From NCBI RefSeq assembly GCF_006345805.1, contig NC_043010.1, positions 28,396,001 through 28,460,000 of the forward strand: a stretch of DNA of 64,000 nt, written 5' to 3'. The notes beneath the pieces were generated by a model. That model ran no database searches and was not told the DNA's origin. It was given only the letters and a program-made list of their open reading frames with translations. Both the position numbers and the translations under genes were made by a program. This DNA comes from Octopus sinensis. Lineage: Eukaryota. This document shows positions 1 to 13,733 of this stretch, piece by piece. The first letter of the stretch is position 1, and each line of letters starts with the position of its first letter.

Positions 1-112
1 CGGATGTGTAAACAAACAGATGTATTAGTTTAACGCTCGGGAAGTGAGAAAGTCTTTTACGTTTCGAGCCTATGCTCTTCGACAGAAAAGAACACAGAAA
101 TAAAAAGGTTTG
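1..112 (-). mobile_element. Penelope-type terminal repeat fragment with a minimal hammerhead variant (54-90); second copy at about 35560-35660
   Basis: Minus strand reads cttttCTGTCGA-A-GAGC-atag-GCTC-GAAA-CGTA-aaag followed by ttcccgagcg..taatac, a motif shared with the 48020-48215 fragment. Confidence 0.6.
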
Positions 113-162
113 GTGGCTAGCGAGCTATCATGGTGAAAGTGTGTTGTGTGGTGTGTGTGTAT

Positions 163-530
163 AGGCGCAGGAGTGAGTGTTTGGTAAGTAGCTTGCTTAC
201 CAACCACATGGTTCTAGGTTCAGTCCCACTGCATGGCACCTTGGACAGGTGCCTTTATAGCCTCGGGCTGATCAAAGCCTTGTGAATGGATTTGATTGAC
301 GGAAACTGAAAGAAGCCTGTCGTATATATATGTGTGTGTGTGTATCTGTCTGTCTGTCCCTCCCCCCATCGCTTGGTGTGCTTATGCCCCCGTAACTTAG
401 CGGTTCAGCAAAAAAAACAACAACAAAAACGATAGAATAAGTACAAGGCTTATAAAGAATAAGTCCTGTTCGCGTAAAGGCGGTGCTCCAGCATGGCTGC
501 AGTCAAATCACTGAAACAAGTAAAAGAATA
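163..530 (+). mobile_element. tRNA-derived SINE family A (about 370-420 bp, central CA/TA microsatellite, AGTAAAAG tail), representative copy
   Basis: A-box-like tggctgtgtggt and B-box-like ggttcagtccc. About 25 full or partial copies, e.g. 1316-1724(-), 2100-2420(+), 2623-3030(+), 3150-3310(-), 6320-6700(-), 20745-20915(-), 21490-21862(+), 35340-35510(+), 38920-39080(-), 45470-45635(-), 50378-50545(+), 50950-51200(+), 52950-53125(+), 56505-56735(-), 57285-57415(-). Confidence 0.85.
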
Positions 531-825
531 ACATGTGGCTTTTAGCTATTCGATATCGATCTCGGCCAAAAACTGTCAGGTGACTGTATCTGCTACACTC
601 TTATGTTCTTTGCCTTGCTCCACCAACAGACCTGTGACTCTCGGCAAGTTATTTTGTAGAAATTCCCAGCTGTCCTCTATTTCAACTTTGAGCTCATCAT
701 ATACAACGGAAACTTCTTTCGGATTCCCTTTCTTTCTCTTCCAATTTGTCTTCCGCGTTTCTCAATTAGGGTTCACATGACCCTTGAGGTTCCATATGAG
801 ATTTTGCTATTAAAAATCTTATCGT

Positions 826-1295
826 TTAACATCCATTTTCCATGCTGGCACGGGCTGGATGGTTTGACTGTGATCTGGAAATCCAGGAGGCTGCACCAGG
901 CCCCAGTCTGATCTGGCAATGTTTCTACAGCTGGATGCCCTTCCTAACGCCAACCACTCAGAGAGTGTAGTGGTGTTTTTTTACATGCCACCGGCACAGG
1001 GACCAGGCATCGACCATGATCAGATGGTGCTTTTTACGTGCCACCGGCACGGGAGCCACTCAAGGCGGTGCTGGCATCGGCTACGCTCGGATGGTGTTTT
1101 TTATGTGCCACCGCCACAGAAGCCAGTCGGGGGAGGGCTCTGGCATCGATCATGTTCGGATGGTACTTTTTAGGTACCACAACTACAATTTCCATTTGAT
1201 TGTGATTTGATTTCATTTTGTTGATGTATTTGACTCAATAGGTCTCAAGCACGGCATGTCACCCTATGATCCAAGGGTACTTTGAGTTGGGTTAT
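826..1295 (-). mobile_element. 5'-truncated RTE LINE 3' UTR fragment, representative copy
   Basis: Same sequence as the 3' end of the long RTE copies (ccaacccatgccagcatggaaa...(gat)n). Others at about 3460-3905, 13180-13550, 18400-18620, 19700-19925, 20100-20445, 24605-24770, 26865-27025, 35790-36000, 37200-37440, 52445-52920, 57740-58055. Confidence 0.8.
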
Positions 1296-4132
1296 ACTTT
1301 TACAATTCTATTATTCTTGTACTTGTTTCTGTCATCTGACTGTGGCCATGCTGGAGCACCACCTTTAGTTAAATAAGTCGATCCCAGGGCTTATTCTTTG
1401 TAAGCCTGGAACTTATTCTATCGGCATCTTTTGCCAAACTGCTAAGTTACAGGGGACGTAAACACACCAACATCAGTTGTCAAGTGATGGAGGGTGGGGA
1501 CAAACACAAAGACACACACATACGCGTGCATGCATATATATATATATATATATATATAAATGACGGGCTTCTTTCAGTTTCCGCCTACCAAATCCACTCA
1601 CAAGGCTTTGGTTGGTCCGAGGCTATAGTAGAAGACACTTACCCAAGATGCCACGCAGTGGGACTGAACCCAGAACCATGTGGTTGGGAAGCAAGCTTCT
1701 TACCACACAGTTACACCTGTGCCTATAATACACAAAACATTTGAACAATTGTTTTTATACAATTCCTAATAATATATAATTATAAATTCTTAGACATTGA
1801 ATGGGTATGAGGATTGAGCAGAATAAAACAGGGATCAAAGGGGCCCATAAGCAAAACATGGTCAAGAACCATTGGTCTAACTTTTTTTCACTTGTAGCCA
1901 GTGATGTTGATGGTATAATCTTCCCCAGGGAAAGACCAGTATTCACATGAACTCACGTTGGCTTGCTTATTTGAATTCTTGGCAAGTATAAAGTCTGTAT
2001 GGATGGCTTGCATCTCTGCCCAAATGGCAGGCGAGCACAAAGTTTTTGGTTTTGTGATTTGTATTGACCAAATGGCTGGGGCATTAGCGTATCAGAATTT
2101 AGTTCCAGTGTGGCACCATGGGCAAGTGTCTTCTAGTATGGCCTCGGGTCGACCACTGCTTTGTGAGTGGATTTGGTAGACAGAAACTGGAAGAAGCATG
2201 TTGTATATATATGTGTGTGTTTGTCCCCCCACCACCACATGACAACCGGCGTTGGCATGTTTGCATTTCTGTAACCTAGCGGTTCAGCAAAAGAGACCGA
2301 TAGATTAAGTATCAGGCTTTTAAAAGAATAAGTACTGGGATCAATTCATTTGACTAAAAATTATTCAAGACAATGCTCCAGTATGACCACAGTCTGTTAA
2401 ATGAACCAAATAAAAGGTAAAAGAACACTTAGCTGCTTCAATATGTGGAGTATGGCCATGCTGGGACACTGCCATTTGTTGTTGCTAAGCTTTTGCTAAC
2501 CTTCCCTCTGGTCGGTTTTTTTGGTGAATGTGGGAATTAAAAACAATTTGTCATAAGTTTTAAAATTCAATTTTTCATGCTTGTCAGGGTTGCACAAAAC
2601 TTGTTGCAGAAAATTTCTCAAGTATAGGCGGAGGAGTGGCTGTGTGGTAAGTAGCTTGCTTACCAACCACATGGTTCCAGGTTCAGTCCCACTGCATGGC
2701 ACTTTGGGCAAGTGTCTTCTACTATAGCCTCAGACCAACCAAAGCCTTGTGAGTGGATTTGGTAGTCAGAAACTGAAAGCCCATCATATATATGTATATA
2801 TATGTGTGTGTGTGTTTGTGTATCTCTGTTTGTCCCCCCCCCCACCCCAACATTGTTTGACAACCAATGCTGGTGTTTACATCCCCGTAACTCAGCGGTT
2901 TGGTAAGAGAGACCGATAGAATAAGTACTAGGCTTACAAAGAATAAGTCCTGGGGTCGATTTGCTCAACTAAAGGCGGTGCTCAAGCATGGCCACAGTCA
3001 AATGACTGAAACAAGTAAAAGAGAGTAAGGTAATACCCCACCCCACCCCGCCAAGTCACATGGTTCTACAGAAGATTGGAAATAAAAGACATTGCTTTTA
3101 TGATGGTGACACTTGTTTACAACTATTATCAAATGTAAAGAGGAGACACTAACACACACAAGCTTCTTTCAGTTTCCATTTAACAAATTCATTCATAAGG
3201 CTTTGGTTGGCCTAGAGTGATAGAAGACATTTGCCCAAGGTGCCATGCAGTGGGACTGAACCTGAAATCTTGGGAAGCAAGATTCGTAACCGCACAACCG
3301 TGTCTACACTTTCTAAATAAAAAAAAAAAAAAGTTAAAAAATACAAATCCAAGCTACATCGATCAGCCCACCCTAAATTCTCTTAACTGACACAAAGCCA
3401 CACAACCCTAACCCTAATCCACTAGTTGAAAGGTTTTTATCTTGCAAGGTGCTTGGTGACCCTGTTGGTGCTGCTGCCACATAAAAGCACCCAATACACT
3501 CTGTAGAGTGGTTGGGGTTAGGAAGGGCAGCCAGTTGTAGACAACCATGCCAAAAGAGACAATGGGATGTGGTGCATCATCATCATTTAACGTCCGTTGT
3601 TCATGCTGTGCCAGACTCCGGTCTGATTTGGCATGGTTTTCTACAGCTGGATGCCCTTCCTAATGCCAACCAATCCGAGCATATAATGGATGCTCTTATG
3701 TGCCAGCAGCATGGGTATCATTTACGTGACACCAGTATCTGCCACGACTGCAATTTTGCTCAACTTGATGGGTTTTCTTCTCAAACATGACGCAATGTTA
3801 AAGGTCTTGGTCACTGCCTCCATGAAGCCTAACACTCAAAAAGTAAACCTCACCCACCAACCCATGCCAGCATGGAAAAATGGATGTTAAACAATAATGA
3901 TGACGATGTAATGGTAGAGACAATAAAATGAAGAAGCCATTGCTGAAAGAAAAATACTGATGAACAACAAAACGGTTGGTATGGTTTTTTTTCCAAATTT
4001 TATTGTATAATTTTGTCTCTAGCAACCAAACCAGTAAATAGTTTTTTGAGGTTTTTTTCTTTTTTTTTTTTTGGCAAACCAGTTAAAATTTGTGTTTTTA
4101 TTATTTTTTTTAACCTATGCTTCACCTGAACC

Positions 4133-4163
<31 letters not shown>

Positions 4164-5779
4164 TAGAATTATTATTTTAATTTTTTTTTTCTTTAATATT
4201 TACAAGAAACTGCTAAGCTGGCTGGTTCCTGTAAGCTCCCAGAGTACAAGATTTATTTCAGCATAGACGACATATGCTTAAGTGAGACAGTATTAAAAGT
4301 GGAAGGTAATAATACTGTTAGTGATAAAAGTAGAAGCAGTAGCAGCAGCAGCAGCAGAGGTAGGAATTCAAAGAATTGAAAGGTAAGAGAAAGAACCATA
4401 GAAAATTAAAAACAAAAAGGTGAGTAGTAGTAGTAGTAGTAGCAGTAGTAATATTAATAATGGCATAAAATTTTGGCACGAGGCCGGCAATTTTAGGTGG
4501 AGGTGGGGAGGGGATTAGTTGATGGCAACAACCCCAGCACTTGACTAGACTGGTGCTTTTATTTTATCAACCCTGATGAAAGGCAACGTTGACCCTTGCT
4601 GTATTTGTACTTGAGTAATATTTTAATAATGATTAAAATAATTAGTTGTGATAACAATTGGAAGAGTGTAGAAACAACAGTATTATTTATGTGTCTTGAA
4701 ACGGTTGTACTGATTAAAAAATTATTATTATTAGGGAGAGAGAACAGTGCATAGCATCTAAGTGACACTGGGGTGTCACGTATGAAGTTTAACTTATCCA
4801 TCATGACTACCCGTATGATGAGGGTACACCAGGCACATGCATCACAACCCTATGTGCACAACATAGTGATCTCATATCAAGATAAACAGCACCTGATCTT
4901 GCAGGTGGGGCCCAGTTACAATTTTCTCCAGGTCAAGTAGCCCATCCTGTTCGAGAGGTCTCGGAATAAGAGCTGTTTAAGGCTGATGTACAAAACACCC
5001 ATGTTTTCAGAGGTGAATTATTATTAACGACACTGTTGCACCCCCAAAAGGCTTGGTTGTCGGGTTTATTTTCGTGCAATATTCCCTGGTAAATGATTGG
5101 TGCTTAATTTGTCTCCAGGTCTTTCTGGGTACTAAAAACCATTCCCCCACCCCTCTTATTTGTTGACAGAATGCGGAGAAAAACAAAAATTTACAGATAT
5201 TACTGAAAACGAGAGGTAACAATATCAGTAACAATGTTTACTGCTGTTCTTTGAACTTCTAAAACTTAAAACTGATCAGATAAGCAGTAAATAATAATAA
5301 TAAAGTGGAGTGATAGTAGTGGTGGTGGTGGTGGAAGAGGGTCAGCAAACTTGGATTCCCTGCCTAACCCTGACTGTGCGGTCAGCACAAATTGAAGAGG
5401 ACAAATTATATGACACATCATCGCATTGTACAGTGTATGTGTGTGTGTGGGGGGGGGGGTGACAGTTCTGAGACCAGCCAGTAAGTTCTTAACTAGTTTC
5501 TACAGGGTCGGGTCATTCGGAAGATGAGAGAAATCTCTCTCCACTCCGACAAAACAAGACAAGACAAGACAAGACAGGATAGGATATCAGTCTATCACAG
5601 GTAATTTCCCCATCCACTTCACTTCCCTAGAGAAATAACTTCTTAACACAAGCACAATGTCATGTCTAATATCCAAACAGCCATAGTTACTCCACTCTCC
5701 AACACCTTCCTTCCAAACCCTTTCCTTGTTCACTTTCATTAAGCTGTTCGAACCAAACATTTACACAGTTAAAGTGCGT

Positions 5780-6045
5780 GTGTAAGGATATATATATATA
5801 TATACATACACACGCATATGCAAACACATATACGTATATACACACACACGTATACATATATATATATATACGCACACACACACGCACGTATACACATACA
5901 TATGTATGTGTATATACACACACACATGTATACACATACATATATATACACATGTATACATACACATACACACATATAGATATACACACATAAACATATA
6001 TGCACATATAGATACATGTGTATGCATATAATGTATGCAGCAGAT
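5780..6045. repeat. Compound (TA)/(CA) microsatellite
   Basis: Direct inspection. Confidence 0.95.
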
Positions 6046-6277
6046 ATAGGAACAGAGCAAATTTGAGCATTTCTCTGTCAACTGATTAAAGAAATGGCAA
6101 ACAGCTTCCATTGATTTTTGAAGCTTCTTGGTTTTCGTTGTCACTTAACCAACCCCAGACAAATGAGGCTATTAATTTTGCAGACTGCAAGTATCTAACA
6201 TCTTATTCAATATTTTATTTTATTTAATATCCAGTCAAATCCAGTCGTGCAGTAGATATATAAACAGGGGATAAATA

Positions 6278-6322
<45 letters not shown>

Positions 6323-6821
6323 TTTTATTTGTTTCAGACATTTGATCATGGCCATACTGGGGCACTGCCTTTAGTTGAACAAATAAACCCTAGGACTTAT
6401 TCTTTGTAAGCCTAGTACTTATTCTATCGGTCACATTTGCTAAACTGCTAATTTATGGGAACATAAACACACCAGCATTGGTTGTCAAGCAAAGGTGGGG
6501 TGGGGGTCGGGGACAAACAGACACACAAACATACGCACTTACATATATATATATATATATACAAACACACACACATGACAGGCTTCTTTCAGTTTCCGTC
6601 TACCAAATTCACTCACAAGGCTTTGGTCGGCCCGAGGCCATAGTAGAAGGCACTTGCCCAAGATGCCATGCAGTGGGACTCACAGCCACTCTTGCACCTA
6701 TGTGTGTGTGTGTATGTATATATATATATATATATATAATATATATATATATATATAAGCAATTATTGGGATAAGCAAATCAGACACATCAAATGCAAAA
6801 TATGTGTCTACCCTAACCCAA

Positions 6822-6902
6822 TGCTATGATGGACCGTGAAGTCTGGCGTAGCATGGTAAATTCCATTGTCTCGACCACAGTCGAACAATGATGATGATGA
6901 TG
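6822..6902 (+). mobile_element. 3' end of a second RTE-type LINE (…MMDREVWRSMVNSIVSTTVEQ* plus (GAT)n tail)
   Basis: DRxxWR C-terminal RTE motif followed by a trinucleotide tail. Confidence 0.5.
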
Positions 6903-6999
6903 TATACAAGCAAAACGAGAGAAAGCAAACGGTGCATTTATATAAGTGAGTTCAACTTAAACAGAGAACAAGTTTATGGGAGCACTACGTTGGTTACAA

Positions 7000-7292
7000 C
7001 AATGAGGGTCCCAGCTGATACGATCAACGGAACAGTTTGCCCATGAAATTAATGTGCGAGTGGCTGAGCACTCCACAGACACGTGTACCCTTAATGTAGT
7101 TCTCAGGGAGATTCAGCGTGATGAGGCCGGCCCTCTGAAATACAGCTACTACACATTTTTGCCAGCTGAGTAGACTGGTGCAAAGTGAAATAAAGTGTCT
7201 TGCACAAGGACACCATGCGTTGCCGGGAATTGAACTCACAACATTACGATCGTGAGCCGAATGCCCAAACCAATAAGCCACGAGCCTTCACA
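7000..7292 (-). mobile_element. tRNA-derived SINE family B (V/Meta-like core ccttgagcaagacactttatttcac), representative copy
   Basis: tRNA head ggcttagtggtt...gagttc. Related copies at about 8278-8600(+), 9720-10020(+), 17505-17735(-), 22163-22414(+), 28930-29110(+), 36072-36370(+), and one split by the piggyBac (31160-31318 plus 33965-34120, -). Confidence 0.8.
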
Positions 7293-7554
7293 TAAGTTTA
7301 TACAAATACATCCTTCAACATCTACAAGTTTCCACATTTTGCATGTGTACCAACATTTATATTTTGTATTGATGTATTAATATATTTAATACATTTGATG
7401 TGCCTAATTTTCTTATCTGCATAATTGTCTCTGTACCTGCTCAACCTGATCCCTGTTATTAATCCCCTGTAAAGACATCGGAGTCTAAGCTTGAATCTTT
7501 TAAGCACTACAAAGTGTTTTCTTTACACAGAATATCTGAATCTCATCTTAGAAC

Positions 7555-7597
<43 letters not shown>

Positions 7598-7599
<2 letters not shown>

Positions 7600-7678
7600 G
7601 ATGAGGCCTATGAATATATAAGTATTGACAAGTATAGGCACAAAAAATTACTTTTTTCCATAGGCTGAAACAGCTGCA
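7598..7678 (+). ncRNA. Decayed hammerhead-ribozyme-like motif with extended stem II
   Basis: CTGATGA-GGCCTATG...CATAGGCT-GAAA-CAGCTG. U16.1 and stem I are degenerate. Confidence 0.45.
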
Positions 7679-7866
7679 AATGATTTTAATGATTCTAACA
7701 ATTTAATGTTTTTTTAATATACTACTTGTATTCTTACCTTAAATGTATTGAATTTTATACTCTATATATGTATGTTATTATTGTTGTAATTTTGATAATT
7801 AAATAAGTCAACATTCTAATATCCTAAAGCTGATAAACCAACTGTGTTTCTCCATTTTCTTATTTG

Positions 7867-7908
<42 letters not shown>

Positions 7909-10149
7909 ACACACACACACATATATATACATACACACACACATATGTATATACATACACACACACACCCAAGATGTGGGTTTAGCTGAATAGTTAAGTT
8001 TACAATTAAGAAGTCCTTGGGATTCAATTACACAACATGGTAACTTTTATCATGGCCTTGGGTCCAAATCTTTTGACAGAAATTTTTCCAAATAATTCAA
8101 AGGGTCAATCTTGTTACACACTATGTCATTCTGGTTTGGCTTGAGCATGTCTGTGGAGTACTCAGCCACTTACATGGCTACTCTATGGATCAAATAATTA
8201 GAGCACTCATTGTTAAAACCGACAAATCCAATTTTATATATATATATATATACACACACACAAACACATACATAGACACAGTGCTCAGTGGTTAGAGCAT
8301 CAGGCTCACAATCAAGAGGTAGTGAGTTCAATTCCCAGACCAGGTTGTGTTCTTGAGCAAGACACTTTATTTGACGTTGCTCCAGTTCACTCAGCTGAAG
8401 AAACGAGTCATGATGTCACTGGTACCAAGCTGCAATGGCGGTTTGCCTTTCTCTTGAGATAACACTGAAGATGGGAGGCTGGTACGCAGAGGCAACTGCT
8501 GGTCTTCCATAAACAACCTTGCCTGGACGCGTGCCACGGAGGGTAACTTTCTAGGTGCAATCCCATGGTCATTCATGACCAAAGGGTGTCTTTACCCTTT
8601 TATATATCTACACCTTTTCAACTTATACAACAAGCACTCTTTTTTAAAATGAACTTTATACTTACTGAAATTACTTTCTGAAAAATTAATATAAAGTGTG
8701 GCAGAAAAACCTCCCATATTCTAAATGGCTGTTAGTGTGACACCAATGAAGTTAGTGCAGATGGTAAGGATGCCTTCATACAGCAAATGTTTTACCGTTT
8801 ATTGTATTAGCTACCATCATGATTAGGACTGGTGTACACTGTATTTGTTGTGGAAACGTTCCATGAAGAATAGTGAATCTGGATTTTTTGGCCCCACCTT
8901 GAACTATCCACGGAGAAAGGAAATAAGCAACCCCCACCTCCCCTTTAATCACACACCCAGCAGAAAGACACAGTTAACAGAACTGTTCCATGGTGATGTG
9001 ATTAAGCAGGGGCTCTTCTAATAACAGAATGGTTAGATTGGTTAGAATTAAGTACAAGACGGCATAGTAAGCCTAGTTAAGTTGACTGAAGATGCTAATC
9101 AGACATTCAACATTAGTTGAGTAAAGAAGGGGGAAAGACAGAGATTTGAACCAAGAATCTATGATGTAGTGGACTGGAAGAGACAAAATGAAAATTCAGT
9201 CCAGGTTGCTAATCTTTGTCTTCATCTGAGTGGCCTCCAAATCTTGAGCGAACTGTTCAAAATCATTTGGGACAGTTTACATAGGTTGGAACTAATGGAT
9301 TAACAGGATTCTCTTTAATTTCTCTTGCAAGTCACCAATACTGTCTCAGTTGGTTTTGAAAATGATGAAGAATTTAGTAAAATAACTGTTCTTATTAAGC
9401 TGGGGTTTGAAACCTGAATTAACATGGAATTTTAACGGAAGGTTTTAATTTAGGTCACTATAAAAAGAGCTTTGATTTTAGAACCTGGAGCTGCCTTGGT
9501 CAGGTGAGTGTGAAAGTGTTAATTTTCTATTAGCTCGATAACAGCTCCAGAATAATTCCGCTATCAAACATAGCAGGAGACATGTTTCTATGTCAGTCGG
9601 TCTCTGTTCAGACAGTATCATATGTGCCACTATGACTAATCTATCCAATATCTTGCATCATGCATGGGAATTTCTCCTCACCTTGCCACCACCCCAAGAT
9701 ATGCAAACTAAGGCAACATAGTGAAAGGCATGTGGCTTGATGGTTTGGCCGTTTTGGCTCATGACTGTTAGGACATGGGTTCGATATCCAGCAGTAAAGT
9801 TGTGTCCTTGAGCAAGACACTTTATTTCACGTTGTTCCAGTTCACTCAGCAGGCAAAAATTAGTAGTACCTCAGGTCACATGTTGAAACTCGCTGAGAAC
9901 TATGTTAAAGGTACACATGTCTATAGAGTGCTCACCTGCTTGCACATTAACTTCACGAGCAGGCTGTTCTGGTGATCGGAACAACTGGAACCCTCGTTGT
10001 TGTAATCGATGGAGAGCCACTAACACAGAAATACAGTATTTTGTCCAAAGGTGCCAAAAAAACTGCCAGCAGATATATGAACCTACAAACACTGAACTGA
10101 ATAGCACAGTACTTATCCAATCAGCCTAACTGCATCAATTTTTTTAATT

Positions 10150-10801
10150 TATAATACACGCACAGTTCATTTATTCAATGCTGAACTTTCACTGTCACAA
10201 TTCAGCATGGCACAACAAACCTCAGGTAGAAACCAATGTTTGAATAAACTCTACATGTATAAAACATTCGTTTTCACTCACACACACACGTCTTACATAT
10301 GAATAAACACAAGACAACACACTTAACCTAAGTCCATACTGAGCATTTTTATGTTTTTGTGTCACAAAATAAACAAAAAACCATTTGCAGTAATTGATGT
10401 CAAGGAATTGTTTTCACATAATTAGAGAAGAAAAAAAAATTTAAATCTTACTCTGAAGCAATTATGGAATAAATACTGAAGGAAGGAAGGAGTATGGAGA
10501 TAAAAAGATAAGAAAATATATGCTCAAAGCTACTGATAAGATAGTGTAGGGGAATGGTGGTGGTGGTAATTTGAGGTTGAGATGTGGTTCATGAGAGGGA
10601 GGGAGGAGGTGGAGAGTACCTGAAACCAAAGCTGTTTGAACGAAGGTGGTGGTGGTGGTGATAGCAAGAGTATCACTCAAAGTAAGGTGTTGGATAGAAG
10701 ACCGACAAAAGACAGCATGAAGCAGAGCAGGAACAAAACACTGAAAACTGACAAGCCACAGTGGACATACAGGTCAAGAAGAGTAAGGGGAAAAACAAGA
10801 C

Positions 10802-10840
<39 letters not shown>

Positions 10841-11735
10841 TCAACAAAAGAGAAGAAATAGGACAAAATAGAGGAGGAAGAAGAGAAAGAGAGAGATGCA
10901 GCAATAGACATGATGTAATGAACAAAAGCCAATGTAAATGATGATGATGGTGGTGATGGTATAACTAGGAAAGATGAATGATGTTGCTAGTCTCAAGCCA
11001 AGCCTGACTGAGCAGACCTCCAATGGAGCAAAAGACAATCAAGCCATGACCATCCTCTTCTTTACTTGGGCATTACATATTTCAAATGATCCTACCCAGT
11101 GCTTTGCTCTGTTTCCAAGATGGTAATGTGTGATTTGAAAGAGAGATTTTGCTGCTACTTTGAGCAGGCATGGGCAAGCTGTTTTGAGAAGCTGTCCACG
11201 TGAGACCAAACCCATCACTGGGCTGGCCACACTGCTAAAAACAAACCGAAGCTACTTTTTCATTAGGCATGTTATTCAGAAAGTCCCACAGGTTGCAGGT
11301 TTATACTGACTAGTATAAAGGTTCTCTCGACACACAGGAGGACGTACACACATTTTTCTGTGTGGTTCAGAGAGTGACATAGCTGGAAGAGAGAGAGATT
11401 GTAGTCATTAGTTGTGGAGTGGAGCATATATTAAATTGGTAATAAGTGGGTAGCTGGGTGGGAAGGCAGATGTGTGGGACTGGAGAAAAGGAAGATCAGA
11501 GGATGTGGAATACCTGTCAAAGAAAAGAAACGAGAGAGAGAGGAATCAGCACTGAGGAAGGATTAGAAGAAAATGGCAACAATGAAAACTGAAAGGAAAA
11601 AAATAAATAACAAAAATATAGAGATGAGAGAAGGGAAATGAGATGATATATATATATATATATATATATATCATCATCTTCCTTCTACATAATATTTTCC
11701 TTTAGTTTTAAGTGATATATATACACACACATATA

Positions 11736-11769
<34 letters not shown>

Positions 11770-11771
11770 TT

Positions 11772-11803
<32 letters not shown>

Positions 11804-12274
11804 ATAATTATATATATATTATATGTACTATTATATATAATATAATGTAACATATATTGGTTTCAAATTTTGACACAATGCCAGCAATTTCAGAGGATGG
11901 ACTAAGTCAATTACATCACCCCACTACCCCAGTGCTCAACTGGTACTTATCTTATTGACCCCAAAAGGATGAAAGGCAAAGCTGACCTCAGTGGAATTTG
12001 AACTCAGAACATAAAGACTGACCAATGGCCACTAAGCATTTTGCCCAGCGTGCTAAAGGTTCTGCCAGCTTGCAACCTTAGAATATATATATACATATTA
12101 CATATATATTATATGTAATATATTCAATAATATGTAACATATATATAGATATATATAACATAAATATGAGAATATAATAAATAGATTAAGAAAAGACCAA
12201 TCAATCAAAAATCAATCAAAAGAGAATGGGAAATGTTAATACAGGAAACAAAAAAAATGCAAAATACAGATAAT

Positions 12275-12307
<33 letters not shown>

Positions 12308-12865
12308 CAACAGTGGGTGTAGCAAGCTTTTTGATAATTTGTTTTTGTTTTTTTTTTCTTTTTCCAGTTTTGTTTTGTAAACATTTGCTAATTAATAAAT
12401 CTGTAACTTGCATCAATTAATTCTACAGGATGCAGCAAAACAACCTCCTAGATTCACCGTTCTTGACAAACGATTGAACCAGAGGAGGTCTTTCTGCCAC
12501 ACCTCGTAATAAGGTGTTGTTGGAGCTGTAACAGCAGAAGCAAGATTAAAGTGTAACATTTTACTGATCTGTCTGTGTGTCCAGCCATTTGTTTCTTTCT
12601 TTTTGGTTATCCTTGCAAGGCACCATCCTATACTGTTGTTACTGCCATCATCATCATCATCATAAACTGCTGTAGCATGGAAGAAACTGGGGCAAGGGGA
12701 GAGGGTAAAAACTAAAGTACAGGTGCAATCAAAACCTCCAGGGGCAGGGGAAAGGTTAATTAGTTTTTTTTTTACCTTTTGTTTTCTTTTTCCAGTTTTT
12801 TATTTCAACTAAATTTGTATTTTTTATTCTTTTTATTTTATTGCCTGTGGTTATTATTATTGTCA

Positions 12866-12902
<37 letters not shown>

Positions 12903-12931
12903 AACAGATCAGAGAAATTTGAAAGCACAAC
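10150..12931 (-). other. Probable long 3' UTR of the Arkadia-like gene; candidate AATAAA near 10170-10175
   Basis: Mostly unique, simple-repeat-rich sequence downstream of the stop. Plus-strand tttatt at about 10170. The end is not verifiable. Confidence 0.3.
11870..12080 (-). mobile_element. Deu/Nin-domain-like tRNA SINE; others at 16470-16665(-) and 31050-31160(-)
   Basis: Core gtcgactttgcctttcatcc...ggtcgataaattaagtacc, matching the intact copy at 37544-37775. Confidence 0.7.
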
Positions 12932-13147
<216 letters not shown>

Positions 13148-13199
13148 TCACTACATCATAAGTGATGTCATTTAACATCCAGTCTTACTTGGTAACCCT

Positions 13200-13420
13200 G
13201 TTAATGCTGGTGCCACGTAGAACAGCACTGATGCTGGGACCATGTAAAACAGCACTGATGCTGGGACCACGTAAACAACACTGATGCTGGGACCACGTAA
13301 AAGGCACTGATGCTGGCACCACGTAAAAGGCACTGATGCTGGTGCCATGTAAACGACATTGATGCTGGTTCCATGCAAAAGGCACTAATTCTGGTACCAT
13401 GTAAATGACATCCAGGACAC
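13200..13420. repeat. About 26-bp tandem repeat (gcactgatgctgggaccacgtaaaag) inside an RTE 3' UTR variant
   Basis: About 7 degenerate units, directly followed by RTE 3' UTR sequence. Confidence 0.75.
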
Positions 13421-13733
13421 ACTGTAATGTGGCTGGCATTAAGAATGGCATCCAGCCATAGAAACCATGCCAAAATAGACAATGGAGCCTGACGTGGCCC
13501 CTGGCCTTTCCAGCCCTTGGCATACCATCCAACCCATGCCAGCATGGAAAAACAGAAGATGATTTCCTCTGCTTGCATGGATGAGATGGAATTTTGTTGA
13601 AACAGATCTTTCTACAGCTGGATGCCCTTCCCGTTGCTGACCCTTACCTGTTCCCAAGCCAGGTATTATTTCTCACCCCATGGCCAAACATGTTTTAAAC
13701 AGAAGACTAGAAACAAATAACATCCCTTGTACA

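Noticed and set aside
163-240. SINE heads as genuine tRNA genes
   Set aside because: They have A/B boxes but no complete cloverleaf and continue into SINE bodies.
960-1175. CRISPR-like pattern: ~30-bp repeat (ggatggtgctttttacgtgccaccggcac) with variable spacers; also 40900-41040 and 53620-53800
   Set aside because: It is the degenerate tandem repeat of the RTE LINE 3' UTR. The spacers are mutually related, there are no cas genes, and the context is eukaryotic.
1484-2968. Recurrent short ORFs such as ...GFGWSEAIVEDTCPRCHAVGLN...
   Set aside because: Translations of SINE family A, repeated in many copies with stops.
4790-5240. Repeat-looking block of unknown class
   Set aside because: Single copy in the window with no TIR, TSD or ORF, so it cannot be supported from this sequence alone.
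8730-8770. Possible plus-strand micro-exon ending ATG|gtaag
   Set aside because: Weak acceptor, no recognisable peptide and no partner exons.
10400-11040. Purine-rich ORFs (10636-10941 and neighbours)
   Set aside because: Low-complexity (GA)n/(GGT)n sequence in the probable 3' UTR with no domain content.
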